NCBI RefSeq assembly: GCF_036321535.1
Contig: NC_087436.1
Location: 116,438,001-116,502,000, forward strand
Reading direction: 5' to 3'
Length of the DNA stretch: 64,000 nt
Source of the DNA: Camelus dromedarius
Lineage: Eukaryota
A model generated the notes under the pieces. The model was given only the letters and a program-made list of their open reading frames with translations. It did no database searches and was not told where the DNA came from. The translations under genes and the position numbers were made by a program. Shown piece after piece: positions 36,005 to 48,510 of this stretch; the stretch's first letter is position 1, and each line of letters begins with the position of its first letter.

Positions 36005-36830
36005 ATAGCTGCATTGTTGTTTTGCCTGCTTTTATAATTAAAGCTTTGCTTGCTTTGGAATTTATTTTGATGTAAAAAGTGCATAAATGATCTCATTTTT
36101 TTTCTCCTAATGGTTTGCCAAATGTCCCAATACAATTTATTAAATAATCTATGTTCCTCCACTGATTTTAATGCTAACTTGGCCATAGACTAATTTCCTA
36201 TGTGAATCTGGCTCTAAGTTGGATTCCTCTCACTCATCATTTTGCCAATTTCTTTATTGATTTCTGTTTTAATTGGAATAGGGATTTACAATATATTTTA
36301 ATTTATAATCTTAAAACTGTCTTTTCATTATTCCTCCATTTCATAATTGTCTTTCCTATTGCTGCATATTTATTTTTCAAGATGAACCTTAGAATAATTA
36401 TACCTGTTTTTTAAATCATGGAAACTTTGATTGGAAGTGCATTGACTTTGTAGATGGAGAATGTGCGAATCCCCATCTTCACAATACTGAGTCTTCCCTC
36501 ATCTCAAGCTAAGTAAGTTTCTTCATTTGCTTGTTCCTTCATGTTACTCTAGGTTGATCCTTTCCATTTTTATCATAAAAAATTATATTCTTAAACTAAG
36601 ATTACTTATATTTATTTGATCCTGTTGCAAGTGAGTGGGATTTGGGGGGGGGGAGTTTCTATTTTCCTTTTGCTTCTATTGTGAGAAAGCTGCTGACATT
36701 TGTATTTCCTAAGAAACTGTTAGACTTACTGAACTTTCCTATTACATACATCAGTGACTCAACAGACCTTGTCAGATGCTCCAGAAATGCAACTGTGCCA
36801 TCTTCATGACATTATTATTTTCTACTTCTG
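36005..36830 (-). mobile_element. Ancient L1 (L1ME/M5) ORF2 fragment
   Basis: tgtcccaatacaatttattaaata...tttttcaagatgaaccttagaat...ttgattggaagtgcattgactttgtagat...catcttcacaatactgagtcttcc. Confidence 0.7.
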
Positions 36831-36834
36831 TTAA

Positions 36835-37560
36835 AGCTTGACCTCAAAAGCAGAAAACATAAAATAAAAGACAGGTGAATTTAACCACATAAAAACAAAC
36901 AAAAAAAATCTGAAGTTTAATAAATAATTTTATTAGCTTTATTCTAAGCACTATGACAAAGTAATAAGAAAAAAAAAGATAACAAAATCCATGGGAAAAT
37001 GAACAAAGAACACAAATATCTAATTCCTAAAACTTGAGTCCCAGCTAGGAAACATGACAAGACTCCCAACCCCACAGGTAATGTAAAATCATGGAAATGA
37101 AATGAGAAGTTTTTTAGCCTATAATATTGGCAAAGGTTTAGGGTCTGTGGGGTGAGGGGAAAGGGGGCCTCTCATATAATGCTACAGGAACTAGATCCTG
37201 GTGTAACATTTTGTGGGGAGAACCTAGAAACAAGAGACAAAATTTATAGTGAATATCCCTTTAACCCAGACTTCCCTTTCAATTAATTTTTCCCTACAAC
37301 TATTCAGGAAAGTGTATAAAAACACATGCTCTGTGGCTGTTTAACGCAGAATTTTTTTTATAACAGCGAAAAGTAAATGTCCATCCATGAGGAACTGGTT
37401 AAATTAATGATAGTACACACACATAACAGAATAGTCTGTAGCCATTTAAATAATAATGTAGAGCTATATTTATCCACATATAAAAGCATTCAGAAATTTT
37501 ATGCAGCAATAAAGTAGCATGTTTATTATAATCCTATTTCTTTAAAGTTATTCTTATATT
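36835..37560 (+). mobile_element. Ancient L1ME fragment (ORF2 end / 3'UTR)
   Basis: gaaaatgaacaaagaacacaaat...aaatgtccatccatgaggaactggttaaattaatgatagtaca...gtagccatttaaa. Confidence 0.7.
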
Positions 37561-37569
37561 TATATATTC

Positions 37570-37885
37570 TTGGTCTATTTGGGCTGCTACAACAGAATAG
37601 CATAAACTGGGTGGCTTATAAGCAGAAAACATTTATTTCTTACAGTTCTGGAGGCGGAAAAGTCTGAGATTGTGGTGCTGGCAGATACGGTGTCTGGTGA
37701 GGGCCTGCTTCCTGGATGACATCCTTTCCTGCAACTTCATATGGCTCAAGGGCGAGGGGGCTTTTTCAGGCTGCTTTTATAAGGGTACTAATCACCTCCC
37801 AATGGCCCCATCTCTTAACAGCATCTCCTTGGGGGTCAGGTTTCAACATATGAATATTGGAGGAACATATTCAGACCGTAGCATA
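37570..37885 (-). mobile_element. MLT1A0-like LTR
   Basis: tttgggctgctacaacagaatagcataaactgggtggcttataa...gtgtctggtgagggcctgcttcctgg...ttcagaccgtagca. Confidence 0.88.
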
Positions 37886-38496
37886 TAGTCATATGTTTCC
37901 AAAGCTGCCATCCCTGTTTAAAACTAATTTAGTTTCTTTTCACTGGGAGCATATGCAGACCCTTCACAGTGACCCACAGTCCACTTCTTGACTGCCCTGG
38001 TCAAATCTTAAGTCACAGCATGGACCCTCCCTCACTGTGCTCAGCCACGCTGTGTCTCTGGACATCCTAAGTTCTTTCTCACTCAGTTTTCCTTTTGTCT
38101 GTTCATTCCTCTGCTTGAGCCGTTCTTACTTAGCTTATGGCATCCTTCACGTTGAAACACCATTTTGTAATCAAAGCTTTCTTTTCCCACTCTGTGCAAA
38201 CCTCCCCAGTCTGTCTCAGTGCACACGTTTTGCTCCTGGCCATGGCTCTTGTTACAACTTGCAACTGTTTCTGTGTTGAGTTTATCATCCATGCGTTTGT
38301 CATCCATCCACCTCCATCACTATACTGCAAACACAAAGAGACCAAGGACCATAAAATTTCTCATTCATCACTGCCTGGCACATATTAGATGATCAATAAA
38401 TCTTTTTAAATGAGAGAATACACATGAAGAAATATCTGTAGATATTCTCTGAAATGTTAATAATGCTTCTATCTTGGTATTGGAATTTGTGGTAAT

Positions 38497-38583
38497 TTTT
38501 CTTTAATGAAGGTACTGGGGATTGAATCCAGGACCTTCTTCATGCTAAGCACGCACTCCACCACTGAGCTATGCCATCCCTCA
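38497..38583 (-). mobile_element. Vic-1-type SINE (short form)
   Basis: Reverse complement gggatggcatagctcagtggtggagtgcgtgcttagcatg...ggattcaatccccagtacc; TSD tgtggtaat at 38488-38496 and 38584-38592. Confidence 0.9.
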
Positions 38584-39267
38584 TGTGGTAATGTTTAAAT
38601 ATCTTCTTTGTATACTTCTTATGTATTTCTGTATTAAAATTATGATGACTGTATTTTGTATTTCAAATTATATTTTTATTTCCTCTTATGAAAGTCTCTT
38701 TTCATTTATTTACACATATGTATGTGTAAATTAAAATATATATCTATGGTATATATGAAAAACTATATATATATAGAAGGAGAGTGTGTGTAGTTTTAAA
38801 ATATGCATCTGGTCAATATCCCTCCATAACTTAACTAAACATCACTTACAGGAGAAACTGTAAACACTTTTTCGTGACATTCAAGTCCCTTTCTAAACTG
38901 CTTTGATGTCCCACTACGTCTTACATTTTGTAGAGTCACCCTGACAGTTCACCCTGAGCTTCAGCCGCAGTGGAAGCATCCCTGCCCTGGGTGACACGTT
39001 GCAGTCACACACCCCCGGGATCTTGCTCACAGTCCCTCTTCTGACGGAGCGTTCTTCTCTGCCTTCTTTGCCTGGTGAACCCTCATTTTAGTTCTGCCAA
39101 TGACGTAGCATTGGGTCCCCTAAAAAGTGAATTCCTAGCCACCTGCATAGTCAGTGCCATCTCCAGAGTGTGGAAAGGCCAAGGATCTCCTCTGCGGCCT
39201 AGACCATGGCATATTGCAGGACTTTTTTTTTTAATTGATGGAGCTGCAAGTAAATCTTACAAACACA

Positions 39268-39815
39268 ATGTTCTAGTTAGTATTTGTATAATAATTAGCC
39301 CCAAATCAGTGAATTGAAACAACTATCATTTTGTCATCTTTCACTGTTTTTCTGGGTCAGGAATTTAGGAAGGGCTCAGGGACTCTCCTGTATTCCTAGT
39401 CAGACAAGAGGGGGAGCTGGAATTACGGAGGGGCGGGGAACAGTTGGCCTGTCACCTCTCTGTGCAGTCTTTGGGCCTTTCCAAGTCATCTCCCCACATG
39501 GATAATGGCACACGGGCATTGTATGCCCAGAGACCGATTGTTTAGTACGTTTGCTAATACCTTGGGCTTCTAAGCAGAACAGCTGCTAACCTGCCAGCTC
39601 AGAACTCCAAAGGTAAACACCCCAGCTGACACAGTGGATGCCTCTTCACCTTCTGTGACCTAGCCTCAGAAGTCAGGCAGGCCATCTCTGCTGCGTTCTG
39701 TTGGTGAAGAGTGAGGCACTAAAGCCAGCCCAGATTCTGTGAGAGGGGCTGCAGATCCCACCTCTCACCGGGAAGACCATCAAAGAATCTGTGAAGATAT
39801 TTTAAAGTCATCACA
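39268..39815 (-). mobile_element. Old MaLR LTR (MLT1H/J-like)
   Basis: tctgggtcaggaatttagga...ccttctgtgacctagcctcagaagtca...aaagccagcccagattc...ccacctctc. Confidence 0.75.
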
Positions 39816-40686
39816 GAGTCTTGTAACTGGTCCCTGCATCCCCTGCAAAGCCCTCTACCTCCAACCCAGATAAAAGAGCAAACAATTTGGGTATTTCACA
39901 GGCTGAAATTGCTAACATGTAATGCAAGAACTATGGTATTAGCTTAAACTGAATGCGTCCTCTTTGCAAACATTTTTTTCAGCCTGTTTAGAAGAAAAAA
40001 GCAAAAGTAAGACAAAAAACAAAACTCTGGAAGTGATAAAAACACAGCTTTGATGTTGATAATTTACAACTGATGTAGACGTTGCTAATTTCTTCTTTTA
40101 TCAGCCATTGTGCTCCCACTTTAGACACACAGAAATCAAAGAATTATGTTAGTTAAGGAATCCTTCCTTTGATCTGGAAGATGCTACGGAGGTAGGTGTG
40201 TTGAAACTTAGTTCGCAGATCTTAAAACAGGCAAGAATTTCAGAGCTCTCAGAGCCCAGATGTGTCCACAGGCTCATTTCTCTATTTCCTGCACCAGAGA
40301 CAGGGCTCAAGCAGCCAGTTAGAGAGTCTGGACTGTTTTCTATGAAAAAAAAATGAGAAATCCCACCCCGTGCTAGAGATTCAGCCATTTTTGAAGGTTC
40401 AGAATGGGAAAGGGGCCTTAAAGTTCAGAGAAATGACTGGGGACATTGAATTTTGCTAGAGGATGACTCAAGGGATGGAATGAGTCATATCATGACATTT
40501 AGAAAAATACGTGTATAGATTTATGTCTTTATTGGTTTGGAGGGCTGGCCTCTGGAAGTGGGATTCAACAACCAAACATTTGCTAACCCCTTAATTGTGG
40601 GAGGCTCTCTACCTGACTCAGAGTGGTTACAAAGGGCAGGCAGTCTGGGTCAGGCTGGCTGGAGAGCCCGCTTCCTTTTCTGGGAG

Positions 40687-40736
40687 CAAGGTTGAGCATC
40701 GGGGCTGGGAACAAGGTTGAGCATCGGGGCTGGGAA
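40687..40736 (+). repeat. Perfect 25-bp tandem duplication
   Basis: caaggttgagcatcggggctgggaa x2. Confidence 0.95.
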
Positions 40737-41169
40737 CTGAGCTGAAAGCTTTGGAGTGCAGAGTCTGACCCTGAAGGTCATGGACAGGCCCAGCCTATCA
40801 TCCCACGAGTCAATATATGCATACACACGTGCTGGCTTTGTGCTGAGAAGGGTCCTGGGAGCTAAGACTGGACAGCAGGAAGGCTAGATTTCCTCTGTGG
40901 AACCAGATCATGCTGCCTGAGGCTGGAATAAACACCTCGGCACCTTCAGTTCTACCATTTCCTGTGCCATTGACCACTTAATTTAGAAGTTTCAGTCATT
41001 TTATTTGCTTCAAATTAAGGTGATTTATAAAAAATTATAACTAAATGCAATATAGTTTCTCACCTTTACAACTCTCCCCCAAATCAATAAATTGAAAACC
41101 AGTATATAAGCATGTACTATATCTAGGGACTGGTTTATCTATGGGAATTAGGGTAATACAAGTCAGTAC

Positions 41170-41405
41170 TGTAGTTGGCAGACCTACTGTGTGCCACACA
41201 CTGTGCACAATGGTGTCACTTTATTAATCTTCAGAAGACCTGTTTGCGGTAGGTGTTATTTTTCTAATTTTATGTTGAGAAAACTGACCTTGGGAGGTGA
41301 GTCAACTTCCTAGGGGTCACAGGGTATGGATGGTGAGTTTGGGAGTCAAGCATGAACTTGTTTTGACTTCCAAGTGCCTGTTTTTTCCCCTTAAAGCACA
41401 CCATT
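41170..41405 (-). mobile_element. MIR SINE
   Basis: cctactgtgtgcca...ttaatcttcag...taggtgttatt...gaaaactga...aacttcctaggggtcacag. Confidence 0.75.
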
Positions 41406-41514
41406 TATAGCTCTGGTATCTGGCAGAGAAGCTTGATTCAATTTATGTGCCCAAAGGATATAAGTAAATAGATATTGTTTTCTTTCTTCAAATTTTTTTT
41501 TCTTTCTAAGCAAT

Positions 41515-41720
41515 TATGTCATAGAGCAGAATGAACATTCGAGTTTGAGTTCTGGCTGCACTATTTATTGGCGCTAAGTACTTGGATAAGTCACTTAGTT
41601 TCCCTTTGAGCCTAGTTTTTTTGTCTCGAAAATGGAAATAATAACTTCTGCTCTACTTATGCCTTGAGATCACTATAAGATTAAGATAAAACATGGTCCA
41701 GGAAAGCACATTGCAAACAG
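41515..41720 (+). mobile_element. MIR SINE
   Basis: gagtttgagttctggctgcact...cttggataagtcacttag...tgagcctagttttt...aaaatggaaataataac. Confidence 0.75.
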
Positions 41721-43028
41721 ATGGTTCCAGATAGCTCTTGAATTGAAATTCTGCCCTAGCACTTATCTGCACATACGTGGGATCCATTTCTGGCCCATGG
41801 ACCTCTTTGGGGGCTTGGTTTTCAAGAGGTATGTTGTTCCTTGTAGAAGGAAGGGTGTGTGGAGGGACATTATGTACTGTGACTACTACAACCGTGAGTT
41901 GTTACAAAAGCCCGTTTTCTCTTTGGGTCTTTGGCAACACTGAGGTTTTTTGAGGTCCATGAAGGATGCCCTACCATATGCACTGAGGGCCCTTCACCCT
42001 CTTCCTCACCTTTATTCATTGACTCTTCATTTTGAGTCCAGGCTGCTGTTCATAGATTTAAATGTGCTGAACCTACCAAGATGGGGAAGGTCAGGTGGCA
42101 ATTCTTGGCTCTCGTGACTGGTAAAGTGAATCTATTCGTTCAACATTCACTGCATTTGCTCATTTATAGGGTTAAACATTTATGAGTGCCTCTGAACAGA
42201 GTGTGAAGTGTAGAGGTGAAAGAACAAAGATTCATCAATGAAGATAAATGAAGTCCCACCCCCAGGTGGGGCACAGTCTACAGCATAGTGCAAGCCATAA
42301 ACACATAAACAAAGGGTTACAAAAATGTCATGACAGTGACAGGCACACTTGGAGCTAACACACTTCCCCTTGAAGGCTGAGGTGGGCCAGGTTGTGCTGG
42401 GGTCTTATTGGCGGAAAGGAGTCCAGCCTAGAGGCAGGAAGTGATAGGAATCCGAGCACACTCCTTGATCATCACCTAAAGTTAAATTTGGGAAATTGGT
42501 ATTAGGCGTTGTGTACAAATGAAATAAATAAGCTATAATATAGTAAACACAGAGACAGGTAATGCAAAAGGGGGATCTGACTTTTGCTGTGAGCAGACCC
42601 AAAGCTCAGATGGCCATGGCCAGGAGGAAGGAGTGAATTGTACTCATTGGAAGATTTAGAGCCAGGTACGTAGAAAATGCTGTGGGAACTGAACCAGGAA
42701 CAGCATTTGTGCTGGATTTTGGAAGCTCTTGAAACAGCTCATGACTGCAATTGTGTGATGGAGTTACACATAGGAGTTTTCTTAATATGAACCTGACATC
42801 CCAGGCAAGTTGCCAACATGCCACAGAAAATAAGAGATTAAGTCGAAAGTTAGATAATTGTGTCTTTGGGTATTCATTGACACTTTTATGTTTCCGAGAT
42901 AACTTGGTTATTAAATCACATCGAAGAGGAGGAGCCACAAACCAGGGCAAGCATAACACCTCTCCTTCTATCCCAGCAGCTTAATTGTGAATGGAAAGCT
43001 CTTCTTCAAGTCACAAATTTCAGAGATA

Positions 43029-43114
43029 GGGGGATGGGGGTACAACTCATGCTGAGCATGAATGAGGTTCTTGGTTCAGTTCCCAGGACCTCCGTTTGAA
43101 AAAAAAAAAAAAAA
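43029..43114 (+). mobile_element. Vic-1-type SINE with internal deletion in the A-box region
   Basis: gggggatgggggtacaactca^tgctgagcatgaatgaggttcttggttcagttcccaggacc + A16. Confidence 0.75.
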
Positions 43115-46100
43115 GATCAAAGACAAGAGATGAGAGATTTAAACACCATGAATTGGAAACTTATTTTATTTTTGTTTACTGGAAAGGATGGGATCATAAA
43201 GGTGAGAGGACTAGGGTTTAATAGGACATTGATTTTAAAAGCACAGGTGCACCCAGGTAGTACCTGGTGCACATCTGAGATTCCTCCCATATAGGACAGA
43301 GTCATGCAGTTAGCTGCTAGCATTTCTGAGATGGTGGCTCAAACTCCACTTCTCCTCTGCTCAGTCTCAAGCGAGTCAGTCAGCCCCTCCCAACCTTGGG
43401 TTCAATTTTTTTTTAATTAAGACAATGTTCTCTTTCTTGCAAGAATGTGGATTAAAGAATGTGTGTGAAAAGCATTGTCCAATGAACTCTAGATTCATGG
43501 AAATTCCTGATTTTCTCTTCCCTTTTGTTACCCCTTTCTGTAACATAATGCTAAATAAAAGTTTGGGGGCAGTGGGGCATACATTGCTGAGAACCAAGTT
43601 CTGTGCTTTTCCAAGAGCTGGGTGCAACCATAGGTTCACAAGATATAATGCTTTTGGCTCAGGTCTTCCTAAATGGAGCAACTGCGAACCAGGATTTAAC
43701 TGTTCCTGCGTTTCTTTGTAACCCAGAGTGTGATTTCACAAGGGCACTGGATCAGGGCGGCTCTTTGATACTTCACAAACAAATATAATGATTTGCAGAA
43801 ATGTCTTTTCTATCACAATATTATAAGACTGTGGAATTTCATTTGCATACCCCATATGATCTCATTATACACTGTTTTATCTTCCACTTTCTATCTGTCC
43901 CCAGTTAATTGGGTCCTATGGTATTAAGCTGCCTGAAAAGGCAGCTTCTGCTATTGAATTTCATATTTGGGCTTACAAGTGAGTTGGTACTGATAGTGAT
44001 GTTATATGTACATAGTAAGCACAGGACGCTTCCTGGAGGCCTTATCTCCTTCTTTAATATCTTTTAAGTCATTTTTTGGGGGCTTTATCTGCCTATGCAT
44101 GGTTCTCCAATAGGCAATATACCTAAAGCTACCACCCTTCCTCGTTAAGTTGATTCAATTTCAACTTTCCCATCAAGATGCTCTGTCCCAGTGAAAACAT
44201 TTGGCCCCATTGCTTTTTTATTTCCAGCTGTCAGTTTGAAAAACAGTGACTGCCTATCTGCCTTTCCCATCTTGCAGCATCAGCAGAACTTGTCGGGTGC
44301 TTCCTGTTTGCAGAAGACACGGCCATCACCTTCCACCAGAGGTGCTGAATCTGCACAGCTGGCCACTTTCAGGAGATGACCGGCAGGGCATTCAGCCCGG
44401 ATTACACTGGTTGAAAAGACACAGGCCTGGAATGTGTGCTCTAGGCACCATCAGTGAATGAGTTCCCACACAGACAAACCAGTTCATAGGAGGAGGCCAC
44501 GTGGAAGACTAGAGGAAGGATCTGGGGGAAAAAAAGAGGAAAGAGGGGCATGTTGAGACTCTCTCAGGTTCATGCCTTATTTGACTAGTGAAAAATATGC
44601 TTATCTCCAATTCTCAAAACATTTCCCACGTGCATATATATATATTCTCATGAAATGCTTTGACAAAGAACTTGGGGAAATCCAGATATACCTGGTCCCT
44701 CTTTTAAATTCCTTCTCTTCTTCCTTCTCCACACTAACTCATTTGTCTGATGATGCTCAGCTCAGATGCCACCTTCCTTTTCCACCTCCACACCCTCAGT
44801 GTTGGCAGGGGAGGGGGATACACCCTTCACCTGTGCTCGCACATACACACCTACACTCAGCCTCATCTTCACATATGCCGCACTGCACTGTGATTGTTGG
44901 CTTGCCTGCCTTTTCTACCCAAGATGAGACCATCTAGTCAATTCATCTCTGCATCCCTGATGCAAGGCTCTGGTGAAAAGAGAAGAGATGCATTGAGGTA
45001 ATGACCAACTATCCAGGGAACACACAGTCTGCTGACTGTCTGAGGAAGGCCTCCAGTAAGGTCAGTCAGGTGGAGTGAATGGCACCTAAGCCACTACGTT
45101 GAGCCTGGCACCATTCCTGACAGGTGGTAGATTTTTAAATAAAGTTCTCTTGACTCTGTGAGCAAATATTTGAACAAGCAGATGAATGAATGAACAGGTG
45201 AACAAATGAATGAATGAATGGTTTTTGCTGACTTTCTTGATAAGACATTATTTTAGATAAAGCACCAGTTGGAAAACCCTGGCATAGCTTCATAAAAATC
45301 GATGAACCCAAGTCCCCCAGAGTAACATAAATAAGACAAAAAAAAAGAAAAATCTATATGCTTGGAGTAGGTATTTTCTACATCATGCCAAATGCATGCT
45401 TGAAAATGCCCTTTCCGTCCCCTAAAGAGGATCATTTGGTATTTGAACTTCTCTTTACAGAGAAATCGGTGACCCCTCCATTAGCATGTTGTATGAACAT
45501 TGTGGTTAATGTATGGAAGCTGTGTTGAGCATGGACAGTGGTTCAAAATAACATGTGTGCAGGGGAAAAATGGGTAATTTGGTTCATGCTACATAAAAAT
45601 CATAATAAAAATAAAGGAAACAATGATGAGCTTGAGTCCCATCTCAAAAAGCTTGCAGGTACATTTGCAATAATTGATAGGACACTGATTGATACATCAC
45701 TCCAATTATTAGGTAAAGGTCTCTATTTTCCTCAAAGCAATTAAGAAAAAAAATACCACAGTAAACAAATGCTTCAGTGGGATAAAACTGTCTCATTTGA
45801 ACTACTTTTTTTTCCTTTTTCTTTTTAATAGGTATTCACTCATCAGATCTAGGGAAAAAAATCCATCTATAAAATTGGCAAATATCTTTGGAAATACACC
45901 TCCCTTCTGAAACTTGTTTACTGAAAGGAGAACAGGAGGAACATAATTGTCTGGCTAAAAGGATACCTTAACAAAGATGACTGGAAAACTTTTATGTGTT
46001 TCCTAAACTGTTTCCCCTCCAGCTGGTTTTTAGCTAAACTTGAATCTATAAAAGCTAACTATTGACTTTTTAAATCATTTTATAACTCAGGGTTGCAGTA

Positions 46101-46739
46101 AATATATTTGTTGCATGCAGTCTTTATATTTGTTCATTTATTCATTGACCCAGAAATTTTTTTTTGTGCAATTTTTCTGTGTTCCAGCCACTCTGCTGGA
46201 CACTTCAGATGCGATGGTGAGAAAAACTGATGTGTTTCTAGCCATAATGAAGCTTGTAGTGGGGGAAGGGGTGGTGATATAAAATATAATCACATATTAA
46301 ATATATAATCAGGCAACTGACTAATAAATGATCATCATGATATGCTGAAGAGGTTAGTATCAAAGTATAATAAAGAGGGTTGGCTAACTAGTAAGGCTGG
46401 GATCACTCCTCTGAGAGGTTATATATTTGGTGGGATTTAAAGGATGCATGACCCATCAGCAGCAAGACTGAGCTATGGAGCAGAGAGGAGCAACATTTGA
46501 ATAATCCTCTGAAGTCTGTAAATCTCCTGCACCCACATTTAATTGTATTACAAGCATACTCTGACCTCTCTGTTATTAGAAAGAAAAGTGCTCACACACA
46601 CACGTATAGACACAAATTCTCACTTACACATTGAACAAAAACACAATTCTGAAACATGTTGATCAATGTGGCACAAAGTATAGAAGGTGTGATCAGGGTG
46701 GAATCTCAATATGACCCACCATCATTGGCAAAATACCTG

Positions 46740-46960
46740 CTCTGTGTAGGGTAGCTGGCCTAGACTCTTTTTTAATTCATTTATTCTGACAGCAAACCTG
46801 GTGGGGGTGGGATTTTGTTCCCATTTTATAGATGAGGAAAATATGGTTTAGAAAAGTAAGTAACTTGAATGTGGGTACCCAGGTAAGAGGCGGCAGAGCT
46901 GATATTTTCAACCAGGTGCACTGACCCCAAAGCCAGAGCTCTCTCCATCCTGTCACACGC
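46740..46960 (-). mobile_element. MIR SINE
   Basis: cccattttatagatgaggaaaatatgg...agtaacttg...ctgaccccaaagcc. Confidence 0.8.
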
Positions 46961-47788
46961 CTACCCAGGGATGTGCTCAAAGGGCTATTACCAACCACGT
47001 CCATTCATCCATTCAACTACTGTTTACAGAATATTTAACATGTGTCTGCCAGAAAGCATGGGCCAGGAAACAGGCACAGTCCTTCTTCACATAAATTTGG
47101 GCTATCTTCTTTCAATCCAGGAGTTAACAAAAATATTGTGGATTTAGAGATTTACAATCCAGAAGTAATATAAATAGTGATGAGTGATGGAAAAACAAAC
47201 ACATAGAGCCCTTTTGATCTACTTTAGGGTTGGTGAAGGCTTCATGGAATGACAGTTAACTCCTGGCCTGGAGGATGAGAGTTAAGTTGAGGATGTTGCA
47301 AACCTTCAGGCGGAGGAGAACTTATATAAAGGCCTAGGGGTGGGAATGTGGAGGGCTTTATAAACCATGTTAAGGAGCCTGGAAGACACAGTAACAGTGA
47401 ATATTAACATCAAGGATAAAAAGTCAAGAAGTATCATCATCAAATGGAAAACTCTAGAACTTCACTGCTGCAGGAGGTTAGCCATTGACTGATAACTTCC
47501 CAGAAATATCTGCTTGAAGTTAGGGCTCAGACTTTGTTGGGATACATCAACCTCAAGGAGCCCCCAAGTAATGACACGGTCATCTCGAGGAGTATTAACA
47601 TGGGAGTGCAGTTTTGTGTTGGAAAGTGACAGAATGTTGAAAAGGAGTTAGTTGCCTAGAATTATAATTCCAGCACAGAAGATATCCTTACTGATTCATG
47701 TATCCGAGTATTATGGGGTCCATCACAATAACAACTGTTGCTGTCGAGTAAAGGACCCTTTGTGCCACGCTTCTTTAGATGCTATATT

Positions 47789-48310
47789 CTAAATGTTGGA
47801 TAAAGAAGATGTGGTATATTTATACAATGGAATACTATTCAGCCATTAAAAATGACAACATAATGCCATTTGCAGCAACATGGATGTTCCTGGAGAATGT
47901 CATTCTAAGTGAAGTAAGCCAGAAAAAGAAAGAAAAATATTATATGAGATCGCTCATATGTGGAATCTAAAAAAAAAAAAAAGAGCATAAATACAAAACA
48001 GAAACAGACTCATAGACATAGAACACAAACTCTTGTGGTTGCCAAGGGGGAGGGGGTGGGAAGGGACAGACTGGGAGTTTGAAATTCGTAGATACTGACA
48101 GGCATGTGTAGAATAGATAAACAAGATTATACTGTATAGAACAGGGAAATATATACAAGATCTTGTGGTAGCTCACAGCAAAAAAGAATGTGACAATGAA
48201 TATATGTATGTTCATGTATAACAGAAAAATTGTGCTCTACACTGGAAATTGACACAGCATTGTAAATTGACTATAACTCTTTAAAATGTTAAAATAAATG
48301 AGTAAATAAA
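47789..48310 (+). mobile_element. Young L1, 5'-truncated (ORF2 C-terminus + 3'UTR)
   Basis: ORF 47779-47970 reads WIKKMWYIYTMEYYSAIK...FAATWM.LE...LSEVSQ, the L1 ORF2 C-terminus; G-rich 3'UTR; possible TSD atgctata. Confidence 0.93.
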
Positions 48311-48319
48311 TGCTATAAA

Positions 48320-48510
48320 CACCATATACTCTACACTGTATCTATGATTCCTCACAACAACCCTCTTGGAAAGTACACTTATCCCTATTTCAAAGATGAT
48401 GATAATCCTGAGGCTTAGAAAAGTTAAGTAACTTTTCTCAAGGTCACACAGGTGAAGATTGAGATAAAAATTAAATTCCCATCTGTCTGACTCCAAATGC
48501 CACATATCCG
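48320..48510 (-). mobile_element. MIR SINE
   Basis: attcctcacaacaaccct...ctgaggcttagaaaagttaagtaacttttctcaaggtcacacag...tctgtctgactccaaa. Confidence 0.8.

Noticed and set aside
44333..44347. CTCF-like ccaccagaggtgctg (also ~3751 and ~63463)
   Set aside because: Mismatches at the key GGC core positions
47779..47970. Protein-like ORFs here and at 51827-52231 and 53515-53718
   Set aside because: L1 ORF2 remnants, not host genes
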